Below are positions 28,539 to 37,622 of a DNA stretch of 64,000 nt, one piece after another (within the stretch, counting starts at the first letter, position 1; each line of letters opens with the position of its first letter). Position numbers and translations under genes: made by a program. The DNA is from Alphaproteobacteria bacterium (lineage in GTDB: Bacteria; Pseudomonadota; Alphaproteobacteria; UBA7887), in contig CBDCGL010000011.1 in the NCBI GenBank assembly GCA_965216755.1, forward strand, positions 3,584,001 through 3,648,000, given 5' to 3'. Under the pieces are notes generated by a model that saw only the letters and a program-made list of their open reading frames with translations, did not search any database and was not told where the DNA came from.

Positions 28539-29645
28539 ATGACAAACAATCGTCGTGGCGCGGCCCTGGGTTATCCGGCAGGCGAAGACGATCGGCGCGT
28601 CGACGGCGATATATTAGTGTCTACGATGGCCGCCATATTTGGCGCATGCGGCATGCGCGACCACGATGCCAATGCTTTGGCGCGATCGCTTGTCGCGGCG
28701 GATTTGCGCGGAATCCACAGCCATGGTGTGATGCGTGTCCCGGATTACGTCAAACGCTTGACCAGCGGTGGCGTCGATCCGCGCGGCACGCCACGTATCG
28801 CCAGCGATCGCGGCGGCGCCCTGGTTGTTGATGGCGGCAATAGCATGGGTCAGATCGCGGCATCGTTCGCCATGGCCCAAGCCATTATGCGCGCGAAGTC
28901 CGCAAATGTCGCCGTGGCCGTTGTTGGGAATAGCAACCATTGTGGTGCTATGGATCAATATGCCCTGATGGCCAGCCGGGTGAATATGATTGGTTTGGCG
29001 ACCACCAATGCCTTGCCGACCATGGCGCCTTGGGGCGGTATCGACCGTATTCTCGGGATCAACCCCTTGGCAATTGCCCTGCCGGCAGGTGAGCATCATG
29101 ACTTGGTGATCGATAGCGCGTTCAGCCCGTCGGCGCGCGGCAAGATCGAAGTGTATGGTCAAAAGGGCTTGGCGTTGCCCGACAATTGGGCCACCGATGG
29201 CGACGGTCTTCCGACCACCGATCCGGCGGCTGCCTTGGCCGGGCTGATGCGCCCGATCGGTGATTACAAAGGATCCGGTCTGGCGCTCATGATGGGGTTG
29301 TTGTCGACCATGCTTTCCGGTGCCCAGTATGGCACGGCGCTCGGCAGCTTAGAGGACGGCGCCAAGGCCGGCGCCGATGGCCATTTCTTTGCCGCCCTGA
29401 ACATTGCCGGTTTCTGCGACATTGGGCTGTTCAAGCGCCGGGTCGACGATGTTGTGCGCGAGATCCATGGCGGCCGGCGTGCCCCCGGCGCCGATCGCAT
29501 CTTTGTCCCTGGCGAACGCGAAGCCGAACTGGAGGCGCTTTACGGCACCGGCGGCATCCCCCTTAACGCGGCGACGCTTGACGGTATCAGCGAAGCCGCC
29601 GGCCAGTTCGGTGTCGACGTCGAGGCTCTGAACCTGAGCGCGTGA
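28539..29645 (+). CDS. Ldh_2 family (type 2 malate/L-lactate/sulfolactate dehydrogenase-like) oxidoreductase
   Basis: ADLRGIHSHG, NSNHCGA, APWGG..LGINP, GDYKGSGLA, PGERE. Confidence 0.9.
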   Translation: MTNNRRGAALGYPAGEDDRRVDGDILVSTMAAIFGACGMRDHDANALARSLVAADLRGIHSHGVMRVPDYVKRLTSGGVDPRGTPRIASDRGGALVVDGGNSMGQIAASFAMAQAIMRAKSANVAVAVVGNSNHCGAMDQYALMASRVNMIGLATTNALPTMAPWGGIDRILGINPLAIALPAGEHHDLVIDSAFSPSARGKIEVYGQKGLALPDNWATDGDGLPTTDPAAALAGLMRPIGDYKGSGLALMMGLLSTMLSGAQYGTALGSLEDGAKAGADGHFFAALNIAGFCDIGLFKRRVDDVVREIHGGRRAPGADRIFVPGEREAELEALYGTGGIPLNAATLDGISEAAGQFGVDVEALNLSA

Positions 29646-29730
29646 TAGCGTCGTTCGCGCCGGGGCCTTCACTGTTGGCCTGTCGGGCGATTTGGCCGAA
29701 TTGCATAGACGGTCACTAAGTCTTTGATGC

Positions 29731-29764
29731 TAGACACAACGCATCGCGACGCAATAGTGTAACA
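29731..29764 (+). promoter_or_regulatory. Candidate sigma70 promoter with an overlapping Zur-like box
   Basis: TAGACA(29731)-18 nt-TAGTGT(29755). CGCAATA-G-TGTAACA (29750-29764) matches 10/14 positions of TGTTATA-n-TATAACA. Upstream of a Zn-type ABC operon. Confidence 0.5.
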
Positions 29765-29823
29765 AATTGGCCGCGACCACCCGTTTAAGACTCCGAATGG
29801 CGTTCACAGGAAAAGGCACCGAT

Positions 29824-30276
29824 TTGATTCGTCTCCGACGCACGCGCTGGTTGGCGTGGTTGGGAATCGTCTGCCTGGTCCACGGGTGGACGCATATCGC
29901 CTTGCATGCGCTCGGCGGCGAGGGGACGGGCCACTTTGCGTGGGGCCCCGGCCATGCCGAAACGTTCGCCCACATCTCTGATGCCGCGGTCGCTCACGAT
30001 CACCATGGTTTCGCGGCCTTTGGGCATGCCGATCACCCATGCGATGGCGTCCATGCGTCAGAGCACAGCGACCATCGGCCGCAAACGCCTAGCGATCCCC
30101 ATGCCGGCGACGGCGACCAGTGTTTCTTGGCCAAACATCCGCCGACAACGCTGTGTCCTTTGCCGTCGAGCGCCGGACAGCAAGTTGCGGCGCAGGCCAC
30201 ACAGCCGGTCCCGAATGTCGTTCGGGGCGATCATCATTCGTTTGTATTCCCGATCCGCGCACCGCCAATCGCCTGA
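29824..30276 (+). CDS. His-rich DUF2946-like leader protein with C-terminal RAPP ribosome-arrest motif
   Basis: AGGAAAAGG RBS before TTG 29824 (alternative ATG 29797); basic and hydrophobic N-terminus; 18 His in 150 aa; ends FPIRAPPIA-stop. Confidence 0.75.
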   Translation: MIRLRRTRWLAWLGIVCLVHGWTHIALHALGGEGTGHFAWGPGHAETFAHISDAAVAHDHHGFAAFGHADHPCDGVHASEHSDHRPQTPSDPHAGDGDQCFLAKHPPTTLCPLPSSAGQQVAAQATQPVPNVVRGDHHSFVFPIRAPPIA

Positions 30277-30363
30277 TCAACGCAAACGGCGCGACGGCTG
30301 AACGCCGCCATGACGGCGCTGTCACCCGCACCGCGCCTTCTATAAACATGATCAGCGAAAGGA
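30269..30363 (+). promoter_or_regulatory. Predicted mRNA stem-loop linking the RAPP-ORF stop codon to the RBS region of the next gene
   Basis: TCGC(C)TGATCA 30269-30279 pairs with TGATCAGCGA 30349-30358. Nested helices GGCGCG/CGCGCC and CGCCG/CGGCG. SD AAAGGA at 30358-30363. Confidence 0.55.
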
Positions 30364-30370
30364 CCAACAC

Positions 30371-31822
30371 ATGGCACATGCCACGTGCTGGCGCGCCGGC
30401 ATATTGCTGGCGGCGACCATGGTGTTTGGGCACGAAGTTCATATTGCCCAAGCCCAAGACGATGCAGCGGCGCTCAAGGCCGAGGTGGAGCAAATCCGCG
30501 AAGAAATGCGGACCAGTCAAGAGGCCTATCAGTCGCAAATCGGCGACCTGATGTCGCGCATTCAACAACTCGAAGCGCAAAATGCCGCTTCTTCGCAGGC
30601 GTCAAGCACGACGCCAGGAACCTTTCAATTCGACTCGCGGGGCAGCGATGCCAGCTTCGGGATCGGTTTCAATATCGATGGTGTGGCCGGCGGCTCTTCG
30701 GCCGGCGACGAGATCCTGAAGGCGGGCGAGGTTGGGCTGCAAGGCGGCGCGCACGACCCAAACCGCAATGGTTTCACATTGCAAGCGGCCGAGCTTTCCC
30801 TTGTGGGCGTGGTGGATCCCTATTTTGACGCGCGCGCGACGGTGTTATTTCAAATCGACCAGAGCGGCGAAACAGTTCTCGAACTTGAAGAGGCGTTCGC
30901 CAAAACTCGTTTTCTGCCCGGCGGATTGCAGCTCACGGCCGGACAGTTCTATTCGCCATTCGGGCGCAAGAATTCGGTCCACGTGCACGCTCAGGATTTC
31001 GTCGACCAGCCCTTTATCATCACACGCATGTTCGGTGGTGACGGTCAGCGCCAAGTTGGCGCCAACCTGTCTTGGCTGACCCCTTTGCCGTGGTACTCCG
31101 AATTGTCCTTGGCAGTACAGAATTCGAACGGAGAAACAATGCCGAGTTTCGGTGGCGAAGACGAGGGCATTGCCGAGTTCGAGAACGTGATCGGCCAACA
31201 GCGAAATTTTTCCGACTTGGTCTACACCGGGCGTTGGTTGAACGGGTTTGACCTTTCCGACACGATCAGCGTCAACGTCGGTGCTTCGATATCGACCGGA
31301 CCAAACCGCACGGGGCCCGACAACAGAACGACCATTTTTGGTGGTGATGTGTACGCCAAATGGGTCGCGCCGAATGCGGTGCGTGGCTTCCCCTTTGTTT
31401 CGTTCGAGAGTGAAGTGATCGCGCGGCACTATGAGGCCGGCGATATCAACGACACGGGTCGCATTGATCTCGACGATTGGGGTTTTTACGCCCAAGCGCT
31501 GTACGGCTTTCAAGCCGGTTGGGTCGCGGGCCTACGCTTTGGCTACGCCGACGGCGATTCCGGCTCGGATAACTCGATCGACAACGCCACCGACCTGAAC
31601 CGTTCGTCACGTTACCGAATCTCGCCAAATATCACGTGGTACCCGACGGAGTGGAGCAAGATCCGGCTCCAGTACAACCATGATTGGTCGGAAGCTCTGC
31701 CCAGCTCAGGTCTGTCGGACGACGCCGACCCGATCACCGGCACCTATGATCGCCATACGGCCGATTCGATCTGGCTCCAACTCGGTATCGCGCTGGGCGC
31801 GCACGGTGCCCACGAATTTTGA
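30371..31822 (+). CDS. Outer-membrane beta-barrel of the zinc-uptake-associated type
   Basis: Signal peptide, coiled coil, amphipathic strands, HVH motif (NSVHVHAQDFVDQP), C-terminal GAHGAHEF with terminal Phe. Confidence 0.8.
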   Translation: MAHATCWRAGILLAATMVFGHEVHIAQAQDDAAALKAEVEQIREEMRTSQEAYQSQIGDLMSRIQQLEAQNAASSQASSTTPGTFQFDSRGSDASFGIGFNIDGVAGGSSAGDEILKAGEVGLQGGAHDPNRNGFTLQAAELSLVGVVDPYFDARATVLFQIDQSGETVLELEEAFAKTRFLPGGLQLTAGQFYSPFGRKNSVHVHAQDFVDQPFIITRMFGGDGQRQVGANLSWLTPLPWYSELSLAVQNSNGETMPSFGGEDEGIAEFENVIGQQRNFSDLVYTGRWLNGFDLSDTISVNVGASISTGPNRTGPDNRTTIFGGDVYAKWVAPNAVRGFPFVSFESEVIARHYEAGDINDTGRIDLDDWGFYAQALYGFQAGWVAGLRFGYADGDSGSDNSIDNATDLNRSSRYRISPNITWYPTEWSKIRLQYNHDWSEALPSSGLSDDADPITGTYDRHTADSIWLQLGIALGAHGAHEF

Positions 31823-31831
31823 GGTCGTTGA

Positions 31832-32755
31832 ATGAAACCAACATTTGTGAGATGGGTGGGAGGGCTATTGGCCCTCCCCTTCTTTGCCCTGCAAACACCG
31901 GCGTATGCCGAATTTTTCATTGTGACCACGACCACCGATCTGGCGGCGATTGCCACTGAGGTTGGCGGCGATTTGGTATCGGTCAAAAGCTTGGCGCCCG
32001 GAACCCGCGATTTTCATTATTTGGCTGCCAAGCCAAGCATGAAGCGCGTCGTACGCGACGCCGATCTCGTGCTCGCCGTGGGCGCCGACCTGGAGGTTGG
32101 CTGGCTGCCGCTGGTTCTGGAAGGTTCGCGCAATCCCGGGATTCTGCCAGGTGCGCCGGGCTATTTGGACCTATCGTCCACGGTCACGTTACTTGGCGTC
32201 GTCAGCGGCCCGGTCAATCGGGCAATGGGTGACATCCATCCAGACGGCAATCCACATTATTGGCTCGATCCACGCAACGGTATGGCCATTGGACACGCGA
32301 TTGCCGATAGGCTGGGTACACTCGATCCCGACAATGCCACGCGCTATCAGGCCCAGGCCGAGGCCTTTGCCAAACGGCTTGGCGAAAGCTTTGCCGCATG
32401 GCAAGACCAGGTCGCGTTCCTGCGCGGTCGGAAGTTGATCTCCTACCACCGCTCCTTCACTTACTTGGCGGCCGCCTTCGGATTTGAAATTGTCGGCGAG
32501 ATCGAACCGATACCAGGCGTGGATCCGACCGCCAATCATTTGCGAGACCTGGTCGACCGAATCGAACAAGAAGACATCGCCATGATCATTATGGAACCAT
32601 ATTACGAGCAGGATACTGCGGCCTTTCTCAAACGGTCCACGGGGATCGCCACGGCGACGATTCCCAGCTCGGTTGGCGGGATGCCCGACGTCGAGACGTA
32701 CACCGAATTGTTTGAGTACATCGTCGCGGCGTTGCGTCAGGCCAACGCCGGCTAA
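31832..32755 (+). CDS. Metal ABC transporter substrate-binding protein (cluster A-I, ZnuA-like)
   Basis: DFHY, GDIHPDGNPHYWLDP, SYHRSFTY, IEPIPGVDPT. Confidence 0.9.
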   Translation: MKPTFVRWVGGLLALPFFALQTPAYAEFFIVTTTTDLAAIATEVGGDLVSVKSLAPGTRDFHYLAAKPSMKRVVRDADLVLAVGADLEVGWLPLVLEGSRNPGILPGAPGYLDLSSTVTLLGVVSGPVNRAMGDIHPDGNPHYWLDPRNGMAIGHAIADRLGTLDPDNATRYQAQAEAFAKRLGESFAAWQDQVAFLRGRKLISYHRSFTYLAAAFGFEIVGEIEPIPGVDPTANHLRDLVDRIEQEDIAMIIMEPYYEQDTAAFLKRSTGIATATIPSSVGGMPDVETYTELFEYIVAALRQANAG

Positions 32756-32771
32756 ATCCGTGCCGGGGCCA

Positions 32772-33350
32772 ATGGTGGACCGCACCAGCGATCTGTTGAT
32801 CGAAATTGCGGACCTTTGCGCCGGCTATGCGCGGCCGGTTGTTGGCCCCGTCTCATTCACCGTGCGCGCGGGCGACGTTGTCGCAATATCCGGCCCCAAC
32901 GGCGCCGGCAAATCGACTATGTTGCGGGCGCTGATCGGCGAAGCCACCATATTTTCGGGTGCCATCCGACGCCGCGCATCGCTTCACATTTCCTATCAGG
33001 CACAACGTTTTCCCGAATTCGGCGAATCGCCGCTCACCGGCGGCGACGTGCTCGCCGCCGCGGGTGCCAACCGCGATGCCGTGGGCGAGCCGGTGCGGTC
33101 ATGGCTAAAGTTGCGTCTTGACCGGATGAGCAGCGGTCAACGGCAACAGGTCTTTGTTTGGTCGGTGTTGGCTGCGCCGGCGGACCTCGTGTTGCTCGAC
33201 GAGCCCACGAACAATCTTGATCCTGAAGCCGAAGCTCGTCTCGAGACCATGATTGACGCGGCAGGTCGCGACCGTGCCGTGATCCTGATTAGCCACAACT
33301 CCCAGTTTGCCAAACGTATCTGTGGTCGGATCGTCCGGCTCGCGCCATGA
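32772..33350 (+). CDS. Metal ABC transporter ATP-binding protein (ZnuC-like, short)
   Basis: GPNGAGKST, variant signature MSSGQRQ, LLDEPTNNLD, ISH. Confidence 0.85.
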   Translation: MVDRTSDLLIEIADLCAGYARPVVGPVSFTVRAGDVVAISGPNGAGKSTMLRALIGEATIFSGAIRRRASLHISYQAQRFPEFGESPLTGGDVLAAAGANRDAVGEPVRSWLKLRLDRMSSGQRQQVFVWSVLAAPADLVLLDEPTNNLDPEAEARLETMIDAAGRDRAVILISHNSQFAKRICGRIVRLAP

Positions 33351-34150
33351 GCGATATCATTCCGATTGATCCGTTGTTCCGGGTTCCGTTTGCAACCGGC
33401 TTGCTGATCGCAGGGGCAGTGTCTTTGCTCGGGCCCATGGTTCGCTTGCGCGGGGAATGGCTGGGCGCGTTGAGCTATACCCAGGCGGCCGCAGCCGGCG
33501 CCGTGATCGGCACCATCGCCGGACTACCGCCCATGGCCGCTGCCGCTGCCACGGGCGCCTTTGCCGCTATTCTAAAAGCAATTTTGCACCAACACGGCAA
33601 CGACTATCACGGGCTGGTCATCGTGGTTGGTTGGACAATCATGATTCTGGCGATGGCGAATAGTGTCCACGCTAGCTTTATCGGGCAAGCGCTCATCGAC
33701 GGACAGCTTTACTTTGCGGACCTTTGGCGATTTGGCGGCGCCTTGATCGTCGCGGTTGGGCTCATGATTCTGAACCTCACCTTGGCACGCAAAATGCTGA
33801 CCTACAGTGTGTTCGCCGAAACAGCGCGCGCCAACAACGCGCCGGTGCGGCGTCACGTGCTGACCTTCGATGTCGCCGTGGCCATTGCGTTGGGCGTCGC
33901 CGCGTCGACCATGGGCATCATGGCGGCGTTCGCATTGGCTTTGTTGCCCGCCTGGATCACCTTCGCGGTGGCGGCGTCTTGGCGCCAAGCTGTCTGGCTC
34001 AGCGTAGGGCTGTCGCTTGCGGCATATATGGCCGCGTTTTACGTGGCGCTGGTGTTAGACCAGCCGTTCGGTCCGGTCTTTGTCGCCACGCTTGTCCTCT
34101 TGTTGCCAATACGCTGGCTCGCCAGGCGCAGCGTTCAGATTCGGGAATGA
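33347..34150 (+). CDS. Metal ABC transporter permease (ABC-3/ZnuB-like)
   Basis: Polytopic hydrophobic protein translationally coupled to the ATPase; GIMAAFALALLPA, LDQPFGP. Confidence 0.8.
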   Translation: MSDIIPIDPLFRVPFATGLLIAGAVSLLGPMVRLRGEWLGALSYTQAAAAGAVIGTIAGLPPMAAAAATGAFAAILKAILHQHGNDYHGLVIVVGWTIMILAMANSVHASFIGQALIDGQLYFADLWRFGGALIVAVGLMILNLTLARKMLTYSVFAETARANNAPVRRHVLTFDVAVAIALGVAASTMGIMAAFALALLPAWITFAVAASWRQAVWLSVGLSLAAYMAAFYVALVLDQPFGPVFVATLVLLLPIRWLARRSVQIRE

Positions 34151-34189
34151 TCGGCCGGGCCGAAGGTCTTGTTGTCGAATTTGCTCGGA

Positions 34190-35449
34190 TCAATCGTAAG
34201 TGCGCACGTCGTCGATGACCTTACCGTCGTTGGCAAGGCTGCCTGGTGCGACCAGTGTCACCGTGCCGCGCAGTTTGCACACCGCCTGTAGGGTCGCGGC
34301 AATTTGCGCTTCCAGATCGGCGCTGCCGGCGTCGGTTTCGCAATGCAGGGTCATGACATCGACATGGTCGACGCTGTCGACCACCAAACGCGCTTTGCCG
34401 ATTTCATCATGGCGCGCCACGACTTGCGCGATTTGCCCGGGATGGACAAACATGCCCTTCACCTTTGTGGTTTGATCCGCGCGTCCCATCCACCCCTTGA
34501 TACGCATATTGGTGCGTCCACATGGTGACGCGCCGGCCATCACCGCCGACATGTCGCCGGTGGCGAAGCGGATTAACGGGTAGACCGGGTTCAGCGCGGT
34601 TACCACCACTTCGCCGACCTCGCCGTCGGGTACCGGATCGCCGGTGCCCGGGCGGACGATTTCGACGATCACGCCTTCGTCGACAACCATGCCTTCGCGC
34701 GCCGGTGTTTCATAGGCGACCAAGCCCAGATCGGCGGTGCCATAGGATTGCAGAACGGTCACGCTGCGGCTGGCGAAATCGGCGCGCAGGCTTTCCGGCA
34801 AGGCCTCGCCGCCGACCGCCGCATGGGTCAGGCTGCCGGCATCGATCCCAAGCTCGCCCGCTTTCTCCAACAGAATACGCAGGAATGAAGGTGTGCCGAC
34901 ATAACGATTGGGACGGACGGCGCCAATCACCTGCACTTGCTGTTCGGTATTGCCGACACCACCCGGGATGACAGCGCAGCCACAGGCATGGGCGCCCGTC
35001 TCCATCATGTGGCCGGCCGGTGTCAGGTGATAGGCGAAGCAGTTGAGTGCCACGTCGCCGGGGCGAAAGCCGGCCGCGAACAGGGCGCGGCCCATGCGCC
35101 AGAAATCGCCCGCGCGCATGCCGGGTTCATAGATCGGCCCGGGCGACGAAAAAATCCAGCTGACATCGCCGGTGGCCTTGGTGGTCAAACCGCCAAACGG
35201 TCGCGTCGCCGCCTGGCGTTCGCCCAACGAGGATTTGCGTGTCACCGGCAGTTGGGCCAACGCGGCGCGGTCGGTGATATCGCCGGGGGCCACGCCATGC
35301 AGTATTTCCGCCCATCCCGGCGCGTCGGCTTGCGCCGTGGTGATTTGTTCCTGCAAGGCATCAAACTGGGCGCGTTCGCGCATGTCGGGATCGCGGGTCT
35401 CCAAGGCGTCGAAAAAGGCACCGTTAGCTACGGCCGCATCATTGCTCAT
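34190..35449 (-). CDS. Phenylacetate--CoA ligase-like AMP-binding enzyme
   Basis: LPVTRKS, SPGPIYEP, YGTADLG, IRFATGD, GRADQTTKVKGMFVHP. Confidence 0.85.
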   Translation of the reverse strand: MSNDAAVANGAFFDALETRDPDMRERAQFDALQEQITTAQADAPGWAEILHGVAPGDITDRAALAQLPVTRKSSLGERQAATRPFGGLTTKATGDVSWIFSSPGPIYEPGMRAGDFWRMGRALFAAGFRPGDVALNCFAYHLTPAGHMMETGAHACGCAVIPGGVGNTEQQVQVIGAVRPNRYVGTPSFLRILLEKAGELGIDAGSLTHAAVGGEALPESLRADFASRSVTVLQSYGTADLGLVAYETPAREGMVVDEGVIVEIVRPGTGDPVPDGEVGEVVVTALNPVYPLIRFATGDMSAVMAGASPCGRTNMRIKGWMGRADQTTKVKGMFVHPGQIAQVVARHDEIGKARLVVDSVDHVDVMTLHCETDAGSADLEAQIAATLQAVCKLRGTVTLVAPGSLANDGKVIDDVRTYD

Positions 35450-35481
35450 GTTCGTCTCCGCTGGCGACGTTCCGGCCCCGG

Positions 35482-36336
35482 TCACAGCCAACGCTTGCGT
35501 CGCTTAAAGGACTTCAGGTTCTTGAACGATTTGCGGGCGTCGTCGCCGTCGGCGCCTTTGCCCAGATAAAATTCTTTGACGTCTTCGTTGTTTTGCAGCT
35601 CGTCGGACGAGCCGTCCAACACGATTTTGCCGCTCTCCATGATGTAGCCGAAGCCGGCCGCCTGCAACGCCAGGCGGGCATTCTGTTCGACCAACAAAAT
35701 CGTGATGCCTTGGTCACGGTTGATGCGCCGAATGATTGAGAACACTTCCTTGACCAACAGCGGCGACAGTCCCATGGACGGTTCGTCCATCAAGATCAGT
35801 TCGGGCTTTGCCATCAAGGCGCGGCCAATCGCCAACATCTGTTGCTCGCCGCCCGACAGATAGCCGGCTAATCCAGACCGTTCCTTGAGCCGTGGGAAAT
35901 AGCCGAAGACCATGTCGATGTCATCGGAGATATCGCCTTTGGGGCGTGTGTAGGCGCCAAGTCGTAGATTCTCCAGCACGGTCATGTCGGCGACGATGCG
36001 CCGTCCTTCCATAACCTGGAACACGCCCTTGCGGACGATTTGCTCGGGATCGATGCCGTCGATGCGCTTACCGGCGAAGCGAATATCGCCGCGCGTGACC
36101 TCTCCGTCCTCGGTTTTCAAGAGTCCCGATATGGCCTTCAGCGCGGTTGATTTGCCGGCGCCGTTGGCACCAAGCAGGGCGACAATCTCCCCCTTCGGCA
36201 CCGCCAGGCTGACGCCACGCAGCACCAAAATAACGTCGCTATAGACAACCTCGATATTGTTGACAGACAGAAGCGGCGCCGCGGCGGTCTCCGCGGCGAC
36301 ACCGTCGGTGGCCGCGTTGGCTACAGCCCCAGCCAT
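35482..36336 (-). CDS. Branched-chain/aromatic acid ABC ATP-binding protein (LivF-like)
   Basis: GANGAGKST, LSGGEQQMLAIGRAL, DEPSMGLSP. Start approximate. Confidence 0.9.
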   Translation of the reverse strand: MAGAVANAATDGVAAETAAAPLLSVNNIEVVYSDVILVLRGVSLAVPKGEIVALLGANGAGKSTALKAISGLLKTEDGEVTRGDIRFAGKRIDGIDPEQIVRKGVFQVMEGRRIVADMTVLENLRLGAYTRPKGDISDDIDMVFGYFPRLKERSGLAGYLSGGEQQMLAIGRALMAKPELILMDEPSMGLSPLLVKEVFSIIRRINRDQGITILLVEQNARLALQAAGFGYIMESGKIVLDGSSDELQNNEDVKEFYLGKGADGDDARKSFKNLKSFKRRKRWL

Positions 36337-37562
36337 TCCGGCCGCCGCTCCAATTGGGCGATATAGATTTCTTCCATGCCGCGCACGTCGCCGGCGACCT
36401 TGCCGCGATAGACCTTGACCGTTGTGGTCCCGCGGTGATCGGTGTCGGTCCAGGTCGACGGCAGACAGACACCTTCGAGCCCGTTCGGCACCCAGTCGGC
36501 GCGACTTTCCATCGCGGCCTTGACATTGGCGCCCGTGATGCCGCCGGCGGCATCGGCCGCTTCCAGCGCCTCTTTCATGAAGAACGCCGAGCAGATACCG
36601 CGCAGGTAATGCAACCGCCGCGGTTCCGCGCCCGACGGGTCCGACATCTTGGAGATCTCGCGCACCAGCGCCATGCCCGGCACGTCGTCGCCCCACCGGG
36701 CCGCGCCGACCACCCATACCACGCCGTCCGCGGCGTCGCCCGCTGCCTCCATGGCATTTTCGTCATAGCCCCAAATGTTGGCCATGAATTGGACGTCGAC
36801 GCCAACCGTGGCGCACGATTTCATAACCGAAATGTTGGATCCGGTGGTGTTGGCGAGAAACGCGTAATTGGCGCCGGCCTCCTGCAGGGTCAGGCATTGC
36901 GCCTTAAAGTCACCCGGTTGCAACGAATACACGATCGTCGGCACAACCTCGAAACCGAGTTCGGTTGCATAGGATTCGCAAGCCTTTTTCGGCGCGTTCG
37001 GATAGGGATGGTTGTCGCCCATATGAACATAGCGGGGTGTGCCGGCCTCGCCGCGCGCATCCCAGTCCTGCCGCGCCCATTCGACCAACGCGCGGCAGCC
37101 ATCCGAATAAGACGGCCCATAGAAAAAGTTATAGGGGGCGGCTGCCTGCGTTTCCGGCCCAATCCCGGTCGGATCGGTGAGATGGCCGGAATAAGAGGCG
37201 GAGAAGTAGGGGATCTCGTCGCGTGCAACGAACTTGACCAAGGCCTCCGTGTCGGCGGTGCCCCAACCCTGGATCGCGGCGACATCGCCTTGCGAGGTCC
37301 AGCGCTTGTAGGCGGAAATGGCCTGCGGCGCCTTGTAGGAATAGTCAATCGCGTCGACGTTGAGCGGCTTGCCGTTGACGCCGCCATTGGCATTGATCCA
37401 CGCCAAGGCGTCGGTGATGCCCTGCGTATAGACCTTTCCGACGCCTGATGTCGGGCCGCTCAGGTCCATCAGCTGGCCGACAAAGATGGAATCTTGTGCG
37501 CCCGCAGCGCCAGACGCGGCCAACACCGCCGCACATGTGATGGCAATGCGCATGGTTTTCAT
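36321..37562 (-). CDS. ABC substrate-binding protein (LivJ/K-like fold)
   Basis: Signal peptide, DLSGPTS, INANGGVNG; GGAGG RBS. Confidence 0.88.
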   Translation of the reverse strand: MKTMRIAITCAAVLAASGAAGAQDSIFVGQLMDLSGPTSGVGKVYTQGITDALAWINANGGVNGKPLNVDAIDYSYKAPQAISAYKRWTSQGDVAAIQGWGTADTEALVKFVARDEIPYFSASYSGHLTDPTGIGPETQAAAPYNFFYGPSYSDGCRALVEWARQDWDARGEAGTPRYVHMGDNHPYPNAPKKACESYATELGFEVVPTIVYSLQPGDFKAQCLTLQEAGANYAFLANTTGSNISVMKSCATVGVDVQFMANIWGYDENAMEAAGDAADGVVWVVGAARWGDDVPGMALVREISKMSDPSGAEPRRLHYLRGICSAFFMKEALEAADAAGGITGANVKAAMESRADWVPNGLEGVCLPSTWTDTDHRGTTTVKVYRGKVAGDVRGMEEIYIAQLERRPEWLGL

Positions 37563-37622
37563 CGCGAATCCTCCATAGCCCGCTTTGCTTAACGGCCGAT
37601 CCTCTGCTGCTCGACGCCCGCT

